Source: Octopus vulgaris
Lineage: Eukaryota
Length of the DNA: 64,000 nucleotides
Assembly (NCBI GenBank): GCA_951406725.2
Contig: OX597815.1
Coordinates: forward strand, 91,202,001-91,266,000
Reading direction: 5' to 3'
Below the pieces are notes generated by a model that was not told the DNA's origin, ran no database searches, and saw only the letters and a list, made by a program, of their open reading frames with translations. Each line of letters begins with the position of its first letter. The first letter of the stretch is position 1. Below, piece after piece: positions 42,401 to 55,588 of the stretch. The translations under genes and the position numbers were made by a program.

Positions 42401-43515
42401 CATGCATACACACATACATATACACAAAATGACACAATCACACATGTATATACACACAAAGCCACATCTACACATACATGCATACCTATGTACAGATATA
42501 CAAACACAAACACACATATATATATTTACACATGCATACACATGCACATACTTACACACACCATACATACACACATGCATACCTATGTACAGATATACAA
42601 ACACACATATATATTTACATATGCATATACATGCACATACTTATACACACCATACATACACACAAAATGATACAATCACATGCCCATATATGCACACATA
42701 GATAGATACATGAATACATGCATACATACATTATATAACATAACATACATTCACATAGCAGGCTCAGTTTCTGTCAGACCAAAATTTCCGTCAGAAGATA
42801 TATTGATCAATCAAGGCTGTAACAGATAAAAAACAAAAACATTTGCCTACTGGGTACCACAGCTAGATCTAACCTGGAACTACATGGCTGCAAAGTGAAC
42901 TTCTTAAGCACACAACCATGCCATCTCCTTTGATTAGCCCAACCACAGATACCTTTTTCTGCTGAAATCATGTCACCAAGTATACTATAACTTTTTAAAT
43001 TCTGTATCCTTACTGGTGTAATTGCATTTCTTACACACATAGATTTAATGCTGCTTCCTCAACCGTCTTGCACTCAAAAGTTCTTGCACATTAAAATTAC
43101 ATATCCAATAGACCATAATCAGAAAAGCTTCTCGCTGGTTGCAGTGTGGCTTCTGTACTTATTGTTCATATATCACAACCATGCTACATCGCACTTCTTA
43201 CACACATTTCTTACATTCTGCCAGAAAATTTGTTTGTGCTGAGAATGAACTGGAGTTTTCCTTGGCAGAATGTGTGCTGCTGCTGACAGAACTGTATAAG
43301 ATTAAAGAAAGATTGTCCGAAAAAGTGGTGGGAAGATATTTGGCAAAAGACAAGCATGCATTCAGGGAAGGAGCTATGTTTTGTTTTATTTTCATTTTCG
43401 ATTTTGTATTTTTTTTTGTTTTAGTTTTTGTCTTTGTGTCTTTTTCGGTGTACACTGAAAGTGAACTTTCTTTGCATTCTTAACCATAGCTATTAATGAT
43501 AATAAAGATGAAGAT

Positions 43516-43591
<76 letters not shown>

Positions 43592-46500
43592 TAATAATAA
43601 TAATAATGATGATGATGATGAAGGATCTGAGAGCAGCAGCAACAGCGACAATGATGAGACTACAGAAAAGTGGGGTGGGAGTGATAAAAAAGGGGTGAAA
43701 GTAGGAGAGGCGAGAGGAAGCAGGGTGAGAGGAAGAGGATGAGATGATGAGGGTGAGATGATGAGGGTGAGATGAGGAGGGGGAGGAGGAGGAGGAGGAG
43801 GCAATAATATATTCTTTTCTACTCTAAGTACAAGGCTCAAAATTTTGGAAGAAGGGGTCTGTCAATTAGATCAACCCCAGTACACAACTGGTACTTAATT
43901 TATCAACCCCACAAGGATGAAAGGCAAAGTTAACCTCAGCAGAATTTGAACTCAGAACATAAAGACAGACAAAATACCACTAAGCATTTTGCCCAACATG
44001 CTAACATTTCTGCCAGCTTGCTGCCTTACAACAATAATATATTAAACCCACAAAAGTAAAGTGACTTAAAGAGAGTAAAGGGAACTGGACTACAAAATCC
44101 AAAGTCTTTTCTTCATAGTTACAACATGTATTTATATGTCTTGTCATTGAAATTCTATGTAATATACTTAATGATACAAACTATGGTCTACCTAACTGGA
44201 TTGGGTACCAGTTTTCCCTAGGAATTCTTCATGAAATAGACTGGCCGGCTTATAAACAGATAGGATCATTGGGTCTTATCTAATTGAAACATAGAGTTGC
44301 TGGAATATATTTAACTCAAACATATATACTTGCTATTTGTTGGGAGCTGCCAACTTATGAAAGATTCTGTCTCATGCAACACTGATGGACAGTTGAGCAT
44401 ATTGTTCATAAAGGTCAAATATTCTATTGATTCAAGTGAGAAAAACGTTTGAAGTGCAGGATTATGGTTGAAAAGCAAGTCATATTCAGTAAAATCTTCA
44501 AATGACCAATGGTTAAAATTACTAAAATCTTCAATAGGATTACATGTACTGAAATCTAGATATACTGCATTAAAGAAGAACAATCCTGGTTCAGGGAAAC
44601 ATGTGATCCAATACTTAAAATTGAAGAAGCTTTCATTCAGAAATTTAGATAGGCTATCAATTGGCTTATGATTTAAATCAAGGTTAAGATCAAATCTCCA
44701 GATTGTTTTATAGTTCAAATCAAAAAATCATGAGAATCAAAACTTAAAACTGATGAATCCTTCATTTTAATCTAGAAGTAAATGTCACAAGAATTAGTAA
44801 AAAAAAAAAAAATTAAATTAGAAAGTTTCTATGTTTCTGATTTGCAACTTTCAAACAATTGACAAGTTTCTAAAGTCTAATGATTTTTTCTTTCTTTTTT
44901 TATTTTATTTAAGACAAACAAATGTTAGAAATATCAATTTCTCCTGAAATAGGCATCTAGTAATTGGATTTTTCTCTTGGTAACAACTTCTTAAATTTTT
45001 CTTTCTTTGCTTTTTCTTTCTCTTTGAGTTAAAAATAAAAACAGCAGTGAAAAAGAAAATAGTCTCAGGCAAAAATTAAACTGAAAGAAAAAGAAAACAA
45101 AATCTGAAAGTAAAGTCAGGAAGAAGTTTCTGCTGGTTGTTGATGATGAAATGGTAATTGTTAGCACAGTAATTAATTGATTAACTGATTCAGACAGAAC
45201 ACTGTGGTTTTCAGTTCTTGTCCAAATATATTATTACATTGGACCTAATCTTCTCTTCTTGAATCAAACGAAAACAGATAGAGATAAAACAACAACTATA
45301 ACAATAGTAAAATAACAAAGTAAAATAAATAGAATAGAAATCTATAGGAAACTTTAAAGGTCACATTTTATCTTGATTCAGTCATGATTTGAATTAATCA
45401 GTGTAAGATTTAAAAGAATTATTCCACATCAACACGTCTGTTGGCCAATGACAAATATTTCATCATCACAATCACAGTTGTTGACAGAGTAATGGGTAAC
45501 TCTATCAGACACTAAAAAAAAAAGAGAAACCAGAAAAATTACCATAGTAAACTAGAGATTCCCTTAATCAAGATGTGCAGTAATTATCGCCATTAAATCC
45601 CTTGAATTTAAATAAGATATCCACCTGGTGATAAATGATTGTGCATGATGAGTTTTATGTTGAATAGACTGTTGCACAATAACCATTACTGACATGCTTG
45701 TAATTAAAGTTATGGCGGACATCCATGACAAGCCGGATTGAAATTACATGCTGGAGCAGCTTCCCATTGCTTCCTGCAGACTCATAACAGAACTCCACTG
45801 CAAACTAACAAAATAGCTACAGTAGCAAGAGAACTCTATAATTAACAAATAGTGCAGCACCAGTAATGAGATATGAGCTGGCACATTTATTTTTTTTTTT
45901 TCCTCAGTCTTGTAAATGTTCTCTCAAAGTAAAATTCTGAGAGATAATTTAGTGCAGTACATGAAATAAATTCACTTTAAGATCTGATATGAGTAAATTA
46001 ATTCTTGGTTCAACATATTTTATAAAATAAACTAAAATAATCTAAACTATTTTATCAAGCAATCTAAATTGGTTAATTAGAAAAGATCTGTAACAGAATC
46101 TGACCAGATTGAAGACCTTCAATTTATGGATAATTCATGGTTCTTACAGGTTTACTACAGCTTTAACGTTGGATACAGACACAAAAGAGGTTTTAAACAG
46201 CTTCTTTAGTTAGAAAAATGAACAAACTATCCACTGTGATCCTATATTTGTCTCTCTTTCTTGTAGCAGACATCCATAGTCTACTGAGTTTATCTTTAGA
46301 TTTTGTGCTGTTAAAACACTTCGGATAATTAGCTTTTTCTGATCTATACACAACTATAAAGCCACAGTAAGTACCAAAGTACTGTGAACTATACATAAAT
46401 TGAATGTTTACTAGTCAGTTGGCCAGAGCTGCTACCATGAAATTTTCAAATGTAAGAAACCTCTAAAATAAACAAATATTTTGTTAGCTTACATAAGAGT

Positions 46501-47089
46501 GTTCCAGTTCTCTTATGAGTCTATTGAAATAAATAAGAGGAGCATTATTTTGTCACTGCAACAAAAAACTGGAAGTTATTTCTTACAGTTTCACAAACTT
46601 ATTCATTCATACCATTGTTGTTGTTATTGTTATTGCTGTTGCTGACATTGCTGTTATCATTATTGTTGCTGTTGTTCAGCTCTAGCTCGACCTTGATTGA
46701 ACAGACCCATGATTAAAGCATTCCAGCCCAGATTATTCTGTCTTTTATTTGGACACTGTCAACGACATGACATTGCAATATTGTTAAAAAGAGAGCAGTG
46801 AGCTGGCAGAACTGTTAGCATGCCAGGTGAAATGCTTAGCGTTATTTCATCTGCCATTACATTCTGAGGGCAAATTCCGCCGAGGTTGACTTTGCTTTCG
46901 TCCTTTTGGGGTCGATTAAATAAGTACCAGTTATGCACTGGGGGGTCGATGTAATCGAATTAACCCCTTTGTCTGTCCTTGTTTGTCCCCTCTATGTTTA
47001 GCCCCACTGTGGGCAATAAAGACATAAATATTGTTAAAAAGTTCACCTCGCAGCCATGCAGTTTCTGAGCTGTTACCACAGTTGGGTAG

Positions 47090-47961
47090 GGAGGGGGTAT
47101 CAAAAAGTTCCAGGACTTGATTTGTAGGGCACCAATAGATAGCAGAACACGGTTGCATGCACAGTGACAACTAGCAGTGACCTTCATGAGGTAGTGTGCT
47201 GAGTGACATCGCTGTGTTTACTTTAACAAGTTATGAAATTTGTGTTTCTGTGATGTCAATACCACCATGACCGATATCCAAACTACAGTGAAGAAGGCTA
47301 GCCATTGGATTTGGTTAAAAAGAGATGATGAGCAATGGCTAGAGAAATAGTGAGCTTCATTTAATAACCAGTAGATCTAGCAAGCAGGGCCTCATATCAG
47401 TTAGGGGGAGTGGTGGTGCGCATTGATGCCGTCGAGAGGTAGGCCCCGAAATGGCATGCATTCTCTCCTGATGACCCCATTCACTTGCTGGCTTCCGGTA
47501 TGTGGAGTTCTTGACTGGTAGCACTTGCATGTGCAAGTTGTTTGCAAGACATCGACGCATATGCTGTAGTCATAGACAAACATGAAATTTTGTGTTAAAT
47601 TTGGGAAGTTTGCTATAGAGACATTGAGCATGGTTTGGCATGCTTATGGCGATGAGGCAGTGGGTCATATCCAATGTTTCAAGTGGCATGGGCACTTCAA
47701 AAGCAGAAGAACATCTCTGGAAGACAATGTACAATCTGGAAGACCTGCCATGAGCATCACCCCCGGAAATGTGGAGAAAATTCATCACTAGGCACAGGAG
47801 TGGCTGTGTGGTAAGTAGTTTGCTTACCTACCACATGGTTCCAGGTTCATTCCCACTGCATGGCACCTTGGGCAAGTGTCTTCTACTATAACCTCGGGCC
47901 GACCAAAGCCTTGTGAGTGGATTTCGTAGATGGAAACTGAAAGAAGTCCATCGTATATATG

Positions 47962-47999
<38 letters not shown>

Positions 48000-48969
48000 T
48001 GTGTATGTTTATGTGTTTGTGTTTGTCCCCCCAGCATCGCTTGACAACCGATGGTGGTGTGTTTTCGTCTCCGTAACTTAGCGGTTCAATAAAAGAGACT
48101 GATAGAATAAGTACTTGGCTTACAAAGAATAAGTCCTGGCATCGATTTGCTCGACTAAAGGCAGTGCTCCAGTATGACCACAGTCAAATGACTGAAACAA
48201 GTAAAAGAGTACAGAGAGCTTGTGCATGAGGATTGTCTGAGTACAGTCAATGACATTTTGAAGCGTTCGAGGGAGGGCATTTAGCAGAAGTAGTTGGATC
48301 TGCAGAGTGCAAAGAATTGGATTCATCACAATGACAATGCACCTTGACTCTGAGCTCTCCTCACTCGTGAATGTTTTGCCAAAAACAACATGGTTTCACT
48401 TCCACACCCACCCTATTCACCAGATTTAGCACCTGCAGACTTCCATCTCTTCCCCATTGATCGCTGTTTAAATACCATTGTCAAGATCAAGAATGAATCA
48501 CAGAAGATCCTCTTCTCACTTATGGAAAATGACTTCCAGGTCGGATTTCAAAAGTAGCAGGAATGCTGGGACTGATGTATTGATGCACTAGGTGACTATT
48601 TCAAAGGTGAAGGGCAAGTGTCTTCTACTATAGCCTAGGGCTGACCAAAGCCTTGTGTATGGGTAGATGAAAACTGAAACAAGCCTGTCATATATATGTG
48701 TGTTTGTGTGTGTGTGTGTATGTGTGTGTACGCCTACCATCACTTGACAACTGATGCTGGTTCGCTTACATCCCTGTGACTTAGCAGTTCAGCAAATGAT
48801 ACCAATAGAATAAATACTAGGCTTACAAAGAATAAGTCCTAGGGTCAAGTTGTTTGACTAAAAAGCAGTGCTCCAGCATGGTCGCAGTTAAATGACTGAA
48901 GCAAATAAAAGAATATAAGTTATTTTTTATTAAACATAACTAGTCCAGGAACTTTTTGATACCACCTTG
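47090..48969 (+). mobile_element. decayed mariner with nested insertions
   Basis: TIRs GAGGGGGTATCAAAAAGTTCCAGGACT / AGTCCAGGAACTTTTTGATACCACCTTG. Transposase MKFCVKFGK..CFKWHGHFKSRRTSLED..SGRP, HHNDNAP and HPPYSPDLAPADF. The phrase EKIH|ELVHED is split by a SINE. Confidence 0.9.
47791..48211 (+). mobile_element. SINE family A nested in mariner
   Basis: Full head to tail, interrupting the transposase. A second, 5'-truncated copy lies at 48612-48913. Confidence 0.9.
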
Positions 48970-50433
48970 TAACTGAATTTTGGTAGACAGATGTTGGTAA
49001 CCCATCAGAAGGGCCATTCCGAATTTTGGTTGGATGATGGCTTAAATTTGTCGTATGGTTTAACAGCACTACCTGGCCCTTAGATTTGATAACTTTCATC
49101 TTTCCTACCCACAAGTCACAGACATCCTGAAAATAGTAATGGATGCTACTTTTTCTTCTCTGACCAACCCAATTAAAAGAGAATGTTTAAGACAGTAAGG
49201 TGTGGTTGGATGCAAATGTGTGTGCCTGTATGTGTGTACATGTATGCGTGTGCATTTATTTGTGTGTATCTGTTTGTCTTTGTATAGGTTGAGCAACTAT
49301 GCATAGATTCCTTGGTAAACTTAAACCTGTCATTCAGTCGGTTACAACAACAAAGATTCCAGCTGATCTGATCAATGGAACGACCAGCTCATGAAATTAA
49401 CGTGCAAGTGGCTGAGCACTCCACAGACACACATACCATTAATGTAGTTCTCAGGGAGATTCAGCGTAACACAAAATATGACAAGTCTGGCCCTTTGAAA
49501 TACGGTTACTATTCATTTTTGCCAGCTGTGAAAAAAAAAATTGTCTTGCTCAAGGACCCAATGTACCACCAGGAACTAAACTCATGACCTTATAATTGTG
49601 AGCCAAAGACTTCTAACCACTGGGCCACATACCTTCCATGGTATGGTGGTAATAGAATCTATTTTTATAAAATATATGCAGCTTCAACTAGTCTTGCCAC
49701 TTCCATCATATGTCAATGTCAGCATGATTTACCATTCTCTCCATTCCCACATCCTACAACCATATCATGATAAACCTACCTATACCCTACTTACCACCAT
49801 TACCATGTTACACGCATTCTACAACACCCAATCTCCAATCCAGCTATGATCAGCTACCATCAATTGCCTATAAAACATGGAGATTAAAGATCTCTTATTA
49901 AAATTACTTACAAAACAAAGGCCACTCCAAAGAGATAATTTGTTTTGTTCTAAATTCAAATATGTTTACAAAGAAACTACCGGATCAAGCAGCATTTGCT
50001 TTTGTTTTGTTCATCTAATTTTAGTTCTATAATTATTTACTTTTTTTTTTAAGTAGTTCAATAACTTTTATGACAGAGAAATCCTCATGCTATTAGAAAA
50101 ATAAAATTTAAGGAGTGATATTTCTGATATTTCAAATTGAATTACATCAATATCTGTTTTTATTGGTTAATTATGGGTTGGATTATTAATTATTACATCA
50201 ATGCAATCAAATATTGATATTCTCGTAAACAAGCGCATTTTCTCACCCTCCCTACTTCTCTCTTCCTGTCTCTTGTCTTTCTCTTTCTCTATTTTATATG
50301 TTCCCTTTCTCTGTTTTATATCTTACACTTTGTAAGTGCATGTGCTTACTATATATATATATATACACATATGTATAAACGTATGTCAGGTCAAAAATAG
50401 TCTGCAGGTCAGGTCAAACAAATACTGCTATTG

Positions 50434-50488
50434 GTACCATGTAACCCAGGACTCCTGTTTGTGGTTGAGTGGTTGGCAACTAATCTGG
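50434..50488 (+). ncRNA. decayed HDV-like ribozyme candidate
   Basis: Order P1 (ACCATG) - P2 (CCAG) - P3 (GAC) - L3 TCCT - P3' GTT - P1' TGTGGT - GA - short P4 - CTAAT - P2' CTGG. L3 is short and P1.1 imperfect. Confidence 0.35.
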
Positions 50489-50955
50489 CTTTCCCATTTG
50501 CCTTTCTTGGTGTGGAGGGCACTGTGGATGCTCTGCTGAACTACAAACAAGACCAGTCAAAGGATGGATAAGCTAAACATAATCCAATGGCCTTTCAAAG
50601 GGGTGCCTAAGGTCTTAGACTGACCATCTTGTCTAAGACAATAGCTATGGAAACTCTAATGGAAGATATACTGTAGTCTCTCACAAACGATGTGGCATAG
50701 AGCAAAAAGAAGATACATATGTATGTATGCATATAAAGACCACACACATGTGAATGAGTATTCATGAGTATATATAGATACATATATATCAATGTGTATC
50801 TATATATCAATGTACATATAAGCATTTTTACATATGTATATATACATACATATCATCAGTGTATCATTTACCTGGAAAAGAAACACACTCTAAAGGATAG
50901 AGCAGTAATGTATTTTCATACAGTTAAATATATGTCTGGTTTCACAATATATACT

Positions 50956-51022
50956 GTTTCACATCCATAAAGTGTATCCATGAAGTGTATCCATGAAGCT
51001 TAACACTTTATGGATGTGAAAC
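50956..51022. repeat. perfect 20-bp inverted repeat
   Basis: GTTTCACATCCATAAAGTGT (50956-50975) / ACACTTTATGGATGTGAAAC (51003-51022); the spacer carries ATCCATGAAG twice. Confidence 0.9.
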
Positions 51023-51058
51023 CATTGGTCATTCTATGACTGGATATATATTTTACTG

Positions 51059-51123
<65 letters not shown>

Positions 51124-51456
51124 TGTATAATGGACTCTCCCATTGTTAAACGATGTATGAGGATTTGGCAGTTTCTTGCTGAACAACCACACAGGCGATT
51201 TGTTTATAGTAATCAAATGTTTGTGTTCACATAAGCTCGCTCTCTCCATCAAATCGACATTACCTGTACAGGTGCACCATGTGCCACATGTCAGATGACA
51301 AAATGATTGCAGAGCACTGTGAAATGAAGTGCTTTGCTCAAGAACACAATACAATGCCTGATCTGGGAATTGAAACCACAAACTCACAATCATGAGTGCA
51401 ACACCCTACCCACTAAGCCATGTGCCTTCACACATACACATACATGCACAGACACA

Positions 51457-51512
<56 letters not shown>

Positions 51513-51702
51513 TATATAGACAGACAGAGACACAGAGAGAGGAGTAAATGTAAGAACAAGCAAGTTAGGCAAGTCAATATACAAAAAATATTAATTACAT
51601 ATAAAACAAAAAATGTACATATGTATACACATAGAAAAAAGTCTGACATACACAGAATAGAAATGATATCAGAAATTAAAGGGGTTGAGTAGGAGTTTTA
51701 CG

Positions 51703-52065
51703 AGTTCAACAGCTGTTTCTAGGGGCTTAGTGTTCCAAAATAATGATTGTAACTTGTGGCTGTGTGGTAAGTAGCTTGTTTACCAACCACATGGTTCCGG
51801 GTTCAGTCCCACTGCGTGGCACCTTGAGCAAGTGTCTTCTACTATAGCCTCAGGCCGACCAAAGCCTTGTGACCGTTACTTAGCGGTTCGGCAAAAGAGA
51901 TCGATAGAATAAGTATTGGGCTTACAAAAGAATAAGTCCCAGGGTCGAGTTGCTCGATTAAAGGCGGTGCTCCAGCATAGCTGCAGTCAAATGAGTGAAA
52001 CAAGTAAAAGAGTAAAAGAGAGAGAGTATCATCGGATAATACCAGCCCCTGTCTTCAGGGAAGAA
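51703..52065 (-). ncRNA. hammerhead ribozyme interrupted by a SINE in loop II
   Basis: Minus strand: ttcc-CTGAAGA-c-AGGGGCT-[loop + SINE]-AGCCCCT-a-GAAAC-AGCT-GTT-gaa. Perfect 7-bp stem II and palindromic stem III ACAGCTGT; stem I is weak. Confidence 0.7.
51756..52026 (+). mobile_element. SINE family A, internally deleted
   Basis: Head joined directly to the 3' half (CCTTGTGA|CCGTTACTTAGCGG); the central microsatellite is missing. Confidence 0.85.
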
Positions 52066-52680
52066 TTTTACATTTGAGGTGTTGACAGAATGGAGAACTA
52101 AGGAGAACTAAGGAGAACTAAGAAAGAGTAGTTGGTGGAGTGTTTAGATAGAGGTTAGTGGGAGGAGAAAACAGATTTTGGGGTTAGGGTTAATAAAGAG
52201 GCTAGTGATAGTAATAGAGGAGGGATGGTTTAGGTAGTATGGGATTGATGACCTTTGTGTTAGTTTGTATAAACACTATAAAGTTCAAGGTTTAGATAGT
52301 GAAAAGGGGATGGCTATTATTTGAAGGAAATGAGTTGACTGGTTCAGTAGCTGAGTGGGGTGAGAACGTGGTCAAAAGTAATTGTTAGTGGGACAAAGAA
52401 AATGAGTTGGTATTGGAGGGATGGGTGAGGTGTTATGGTAAAGAGTGGAGTATGAAATTGAATAGAGGGGTGTGAGTCGAGGTAGATAGAGGGGATAGAA
52501 GGAGTAGAGGTAGTTAGAGAGGTAGAAGTAAATTTAGTTTTCAAAGGAGTGGGGTATTAAGTGCTTTTTGAGACTGGGGAGGGTGGGGAGGCTAAAAGTG
52601 ATGTGTAAAGTAGTTGATTTGAGGAATTTGGAAGAAACTGAAGATGTGTGTATGAGAAAGAGTAAGAGGGGTAGGTTTAG

Positions 52681-53230
52681 CATTTTTTAAGTAGAAGGCT
52701 GCAAAGCTGACTTTGTCTTAGTTTAAGGTTTTGGGGGATGGAAATTTATTATGGAATTATGTAGATTTGGCAAAGTGTGAAAGATGAGTAGTACCTATGT
52801 TTATAAGAATAAATAACATCAGAGAATCTATTAAATAATGAGGAGTTTTGAAGGCAAAGAATGGTTAATGATACTTTTAGACATAACATACACTTGCAGA
52901 TGTTTGCATTTTATAGGGGAGCTTTGCTTACTATGGACCAGGATAGGGTGTATGGAATATTTTGAGATTTGAGGTTGTGTATATACATTGCTAAGAAGGT
53001 TGATAATTTAGAAGTGTAGGTTATGTCTAAAAGAATCATTAATTATTCTTCACCATCATAACTCCTCATTACTTAATTGATTCTCTGATGTTATTTATTC
53101 TTGTAAACACAGGTACTATTCATCTTTCATGCACTTCACCAAATCTTTATAATCTCATAATAAGTTTCCATACCCCAAAAGCCTTAAACTAAGATAAAGT
53201 CGGTCTTGCAACCTACTACTTAAAAACACA
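52681..53230. mobile_element. inverted duplication of a PLE GIY-YIG C-terminus
   Basis: 52681-52895 is the diverged reverse complement of 53012-53230. The plus copy reads KCRLCLKESLIILHHHNSSLLN*FSDVIYSCKHR, matching the CxLCLxE...LLN...CxH end of PLE endonucleases. Confidence 0.75.
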
Positions 53231-53289
53231 GTCAAAAAGATAGTTAAGACAGCTTGCCTCTGATGGAATTCAGGAGTTATGGATAGTAA

Positions 53290-55185
53290 TATTTCACCAT
53301 TTTTGTGGCTTATCAACATCATGTACTGGAATCAAATCACCAGTCTATGACTATATATAAATAGTGGAAAAACTATTTGCTGGTGTACCACGGTGATGCA
53401 CACATAAGATTAAATTCAATAACAAATTAAAAACAGTGCTAGTGTTATAAGCATTATCAACTGCACATATTCAATGTATGTGTTTTGTTTGCCAGTTTGC
53501 TGCAAAATAGCTTTTGGAAAGATGATTCCATTAAAACACCTGAAAGTCATAGACAAGCAAGACAACTCACCTCCATTCAAATTCAAAAGTGATAGATTGA
53601 TTATAAAAAGGCTTATGACAATGCTCCACACAGCTGGCTCTTGGAGTGTCTGAGGTTACTTGGAGTCATTAAGAAGATAAACAACATTTTGGAGAAATCA
53701 ATGAGAGCATGAGAAGTAGAACTGACATTTGTGAAGGAGTCACTAAGCAATGCATGGGCATTTTTCAACAAGACTTGCTCTCTCTATTACTCTTCATCAT
53801 TGTGCTAATTGCCCTGATAAGTAAATCTAGGCCTGCCTATGAGTTTACCAAATCCAAGATGAGAATAAATCACCTACTTCATACAGATGACCTCAATCTG
53901 CATACAAAGATTGAGACAGACCTAGACTCTTTAGTACAAGGAGTAAGTGTAATGAATAAAGATATTACAAAGTAGTTTGGGGTAAATAAATGTGCAATTC
54001 TAATTATGAGGGTAAACTATGATTGCATAATATTACCACAAGACAACATCATTATATCACTGGAATAATGAGGGATACAAATATCTATAAGTGCTGCTAG
54101 ATAAGAAAATGGAAAGAGAAATGAGAGAGTAAGTCATTAAAGAGTACAATTAGGAAGGTACTTGAAACTAAATTAAATGGTAGACACATGATTAAAGCCA
54201 TAAGCCATAAATGCATGGGCATTGCCCATATTGAGATACTCTGATCCCTTTTTGAAATGGGCAAAGATCAAGCTGCAGAACTTGGAGAGAAGAACTAGAA
54301 AGTTATTCACAATGCACAACACATTTCACTCTCAAATCAATACTGATCAACTGTACCTACTAAGAAAGAAAGGTGGCAGGGGATTATTAAATGCAGAAGA
54401 CACTGTTAATACTACAATACTGGGTCTGAAATATTATATTGTACAGAGTAAAGAAAGAACACTATAGGCAGACAGAGATTCCTAAAAAGTAACTGAAACA
54501 GTAGGAAAAGCCACCGAGAAAAGGAAGAATAACAGCAAACAGATGGAAAGAAATAGAACTACATGGCCAATTCATGCAACAAACTGAGAATGCCAGAAGT
54601 AAAGAGCAATGGTTCTGGTTGTTAGATGGGAACTTAGAATGAGAGACAGAACTGCTAATTATAATTGCTCAAGAACAAGTCCTTAGAATAAACCTGATAA
54701 ATGCAAAGATCAACAAAACTCACACAGCAAATGTAGAATCTACAGGAAAGAAGAAAAAACTATCACTCACTTTTCAAGTAAGCACAGTTTACCAGCACAA
54801 ATGCTATCATAAAAGCAGACATGATTGTGTTGGCAAAAGAGTGCATTGGAATGTTAACCAAGTGTGTAGCTTCAAAACAACAGAACAGTGGTATGAGCAC
54901 AAACTAATGGCTGTGATAGAAAAATAAGAACTACAAGATCTTGTGGGATTTCCCCACAAAGACTGACCATATTATTGAAGCAAGAAGGCCAGATATGATG
55001 ACGAAGGACAAAATAAACAAAAAGTGTAAGATCATAGATTTTGAAATTTTCAATATTAAAAATTGAAAAAATTGAGAAATATCAGGATCTAGACATGATG
55101 CTAAGGAAACTCTGGAAGACAAAAACAATAGTTATTCCTGTTGTAATTGGTGCACTTGGCACAACACCCAGAATGCTATATAAAA
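53290..55185 (+). pseudogene. RLE-type LINE (R4/Dong-like) RT + zinc knuckle + endonuclease remnant
   Basis: DYKKAYD, GIFQQDLLSLLLF, INHLLHTDDL, DQLYLLRKKGGRGL, IIAQEQVL, RHDCVGKRVHW, KILWDF..TDHIIEARRPDM and VIPVVIGALG; many stops. Confidence 0.88.
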
Positions 55186-55211
55186 GTTGTATATGTATAT
55201 ATATATATATA

Positions 55212-55588
55212 TACTAGCAGTATCGCCCGGCGTTGCTCAGGTTTGTAATGGAAATAACTATAAAGCATTTTTAGAGAGTTATAGCCAAAAAATAGCAAAA
55301 AAATGGGAAGAAAATGATGGTAAATTTTTTTGAGAGTTAAAAAAGGTCGAGTTGCGTTCCCTAGACAGTCTGTGGTTTGTGTTTCTGATTCTCGACCCCA
55401 TGTCGAATTTATCGATTTTTTTCAGAACTGGGGGAACTTTTCAAAATTTTCGCTGCGTTAGTTTTGAATTATGACATTGGGCTATGTGTGTGTCAAGTTT
55501 CATCAGAATCAGTTGAAAGCCGTGGTCAGGGTGAGGGTACAACCAAACAGACACACAGAAACACACACAGACAAACTGCCGTTTATAT

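Noticed and set aside
44311-44718. 135-aa minus-strand ORF outside microsatellites
   Set aside because: No recognisable domain, non-ATG start, and the DNA shows weak internal repetition; no splice support seen.
47440-47480. GAAA...CTGATGA as a permuted hammerhead
   Set aside because: Stem I is absent and the stem II strands (cccc/cccc) cannot pair.
53078-53080. In-frame TGA in the PLE motif as selenocysteine
   Set aside because: It aligns to Arg (AGA) in the inverted copy rather than to a Cys position, so it is ordinary decay.
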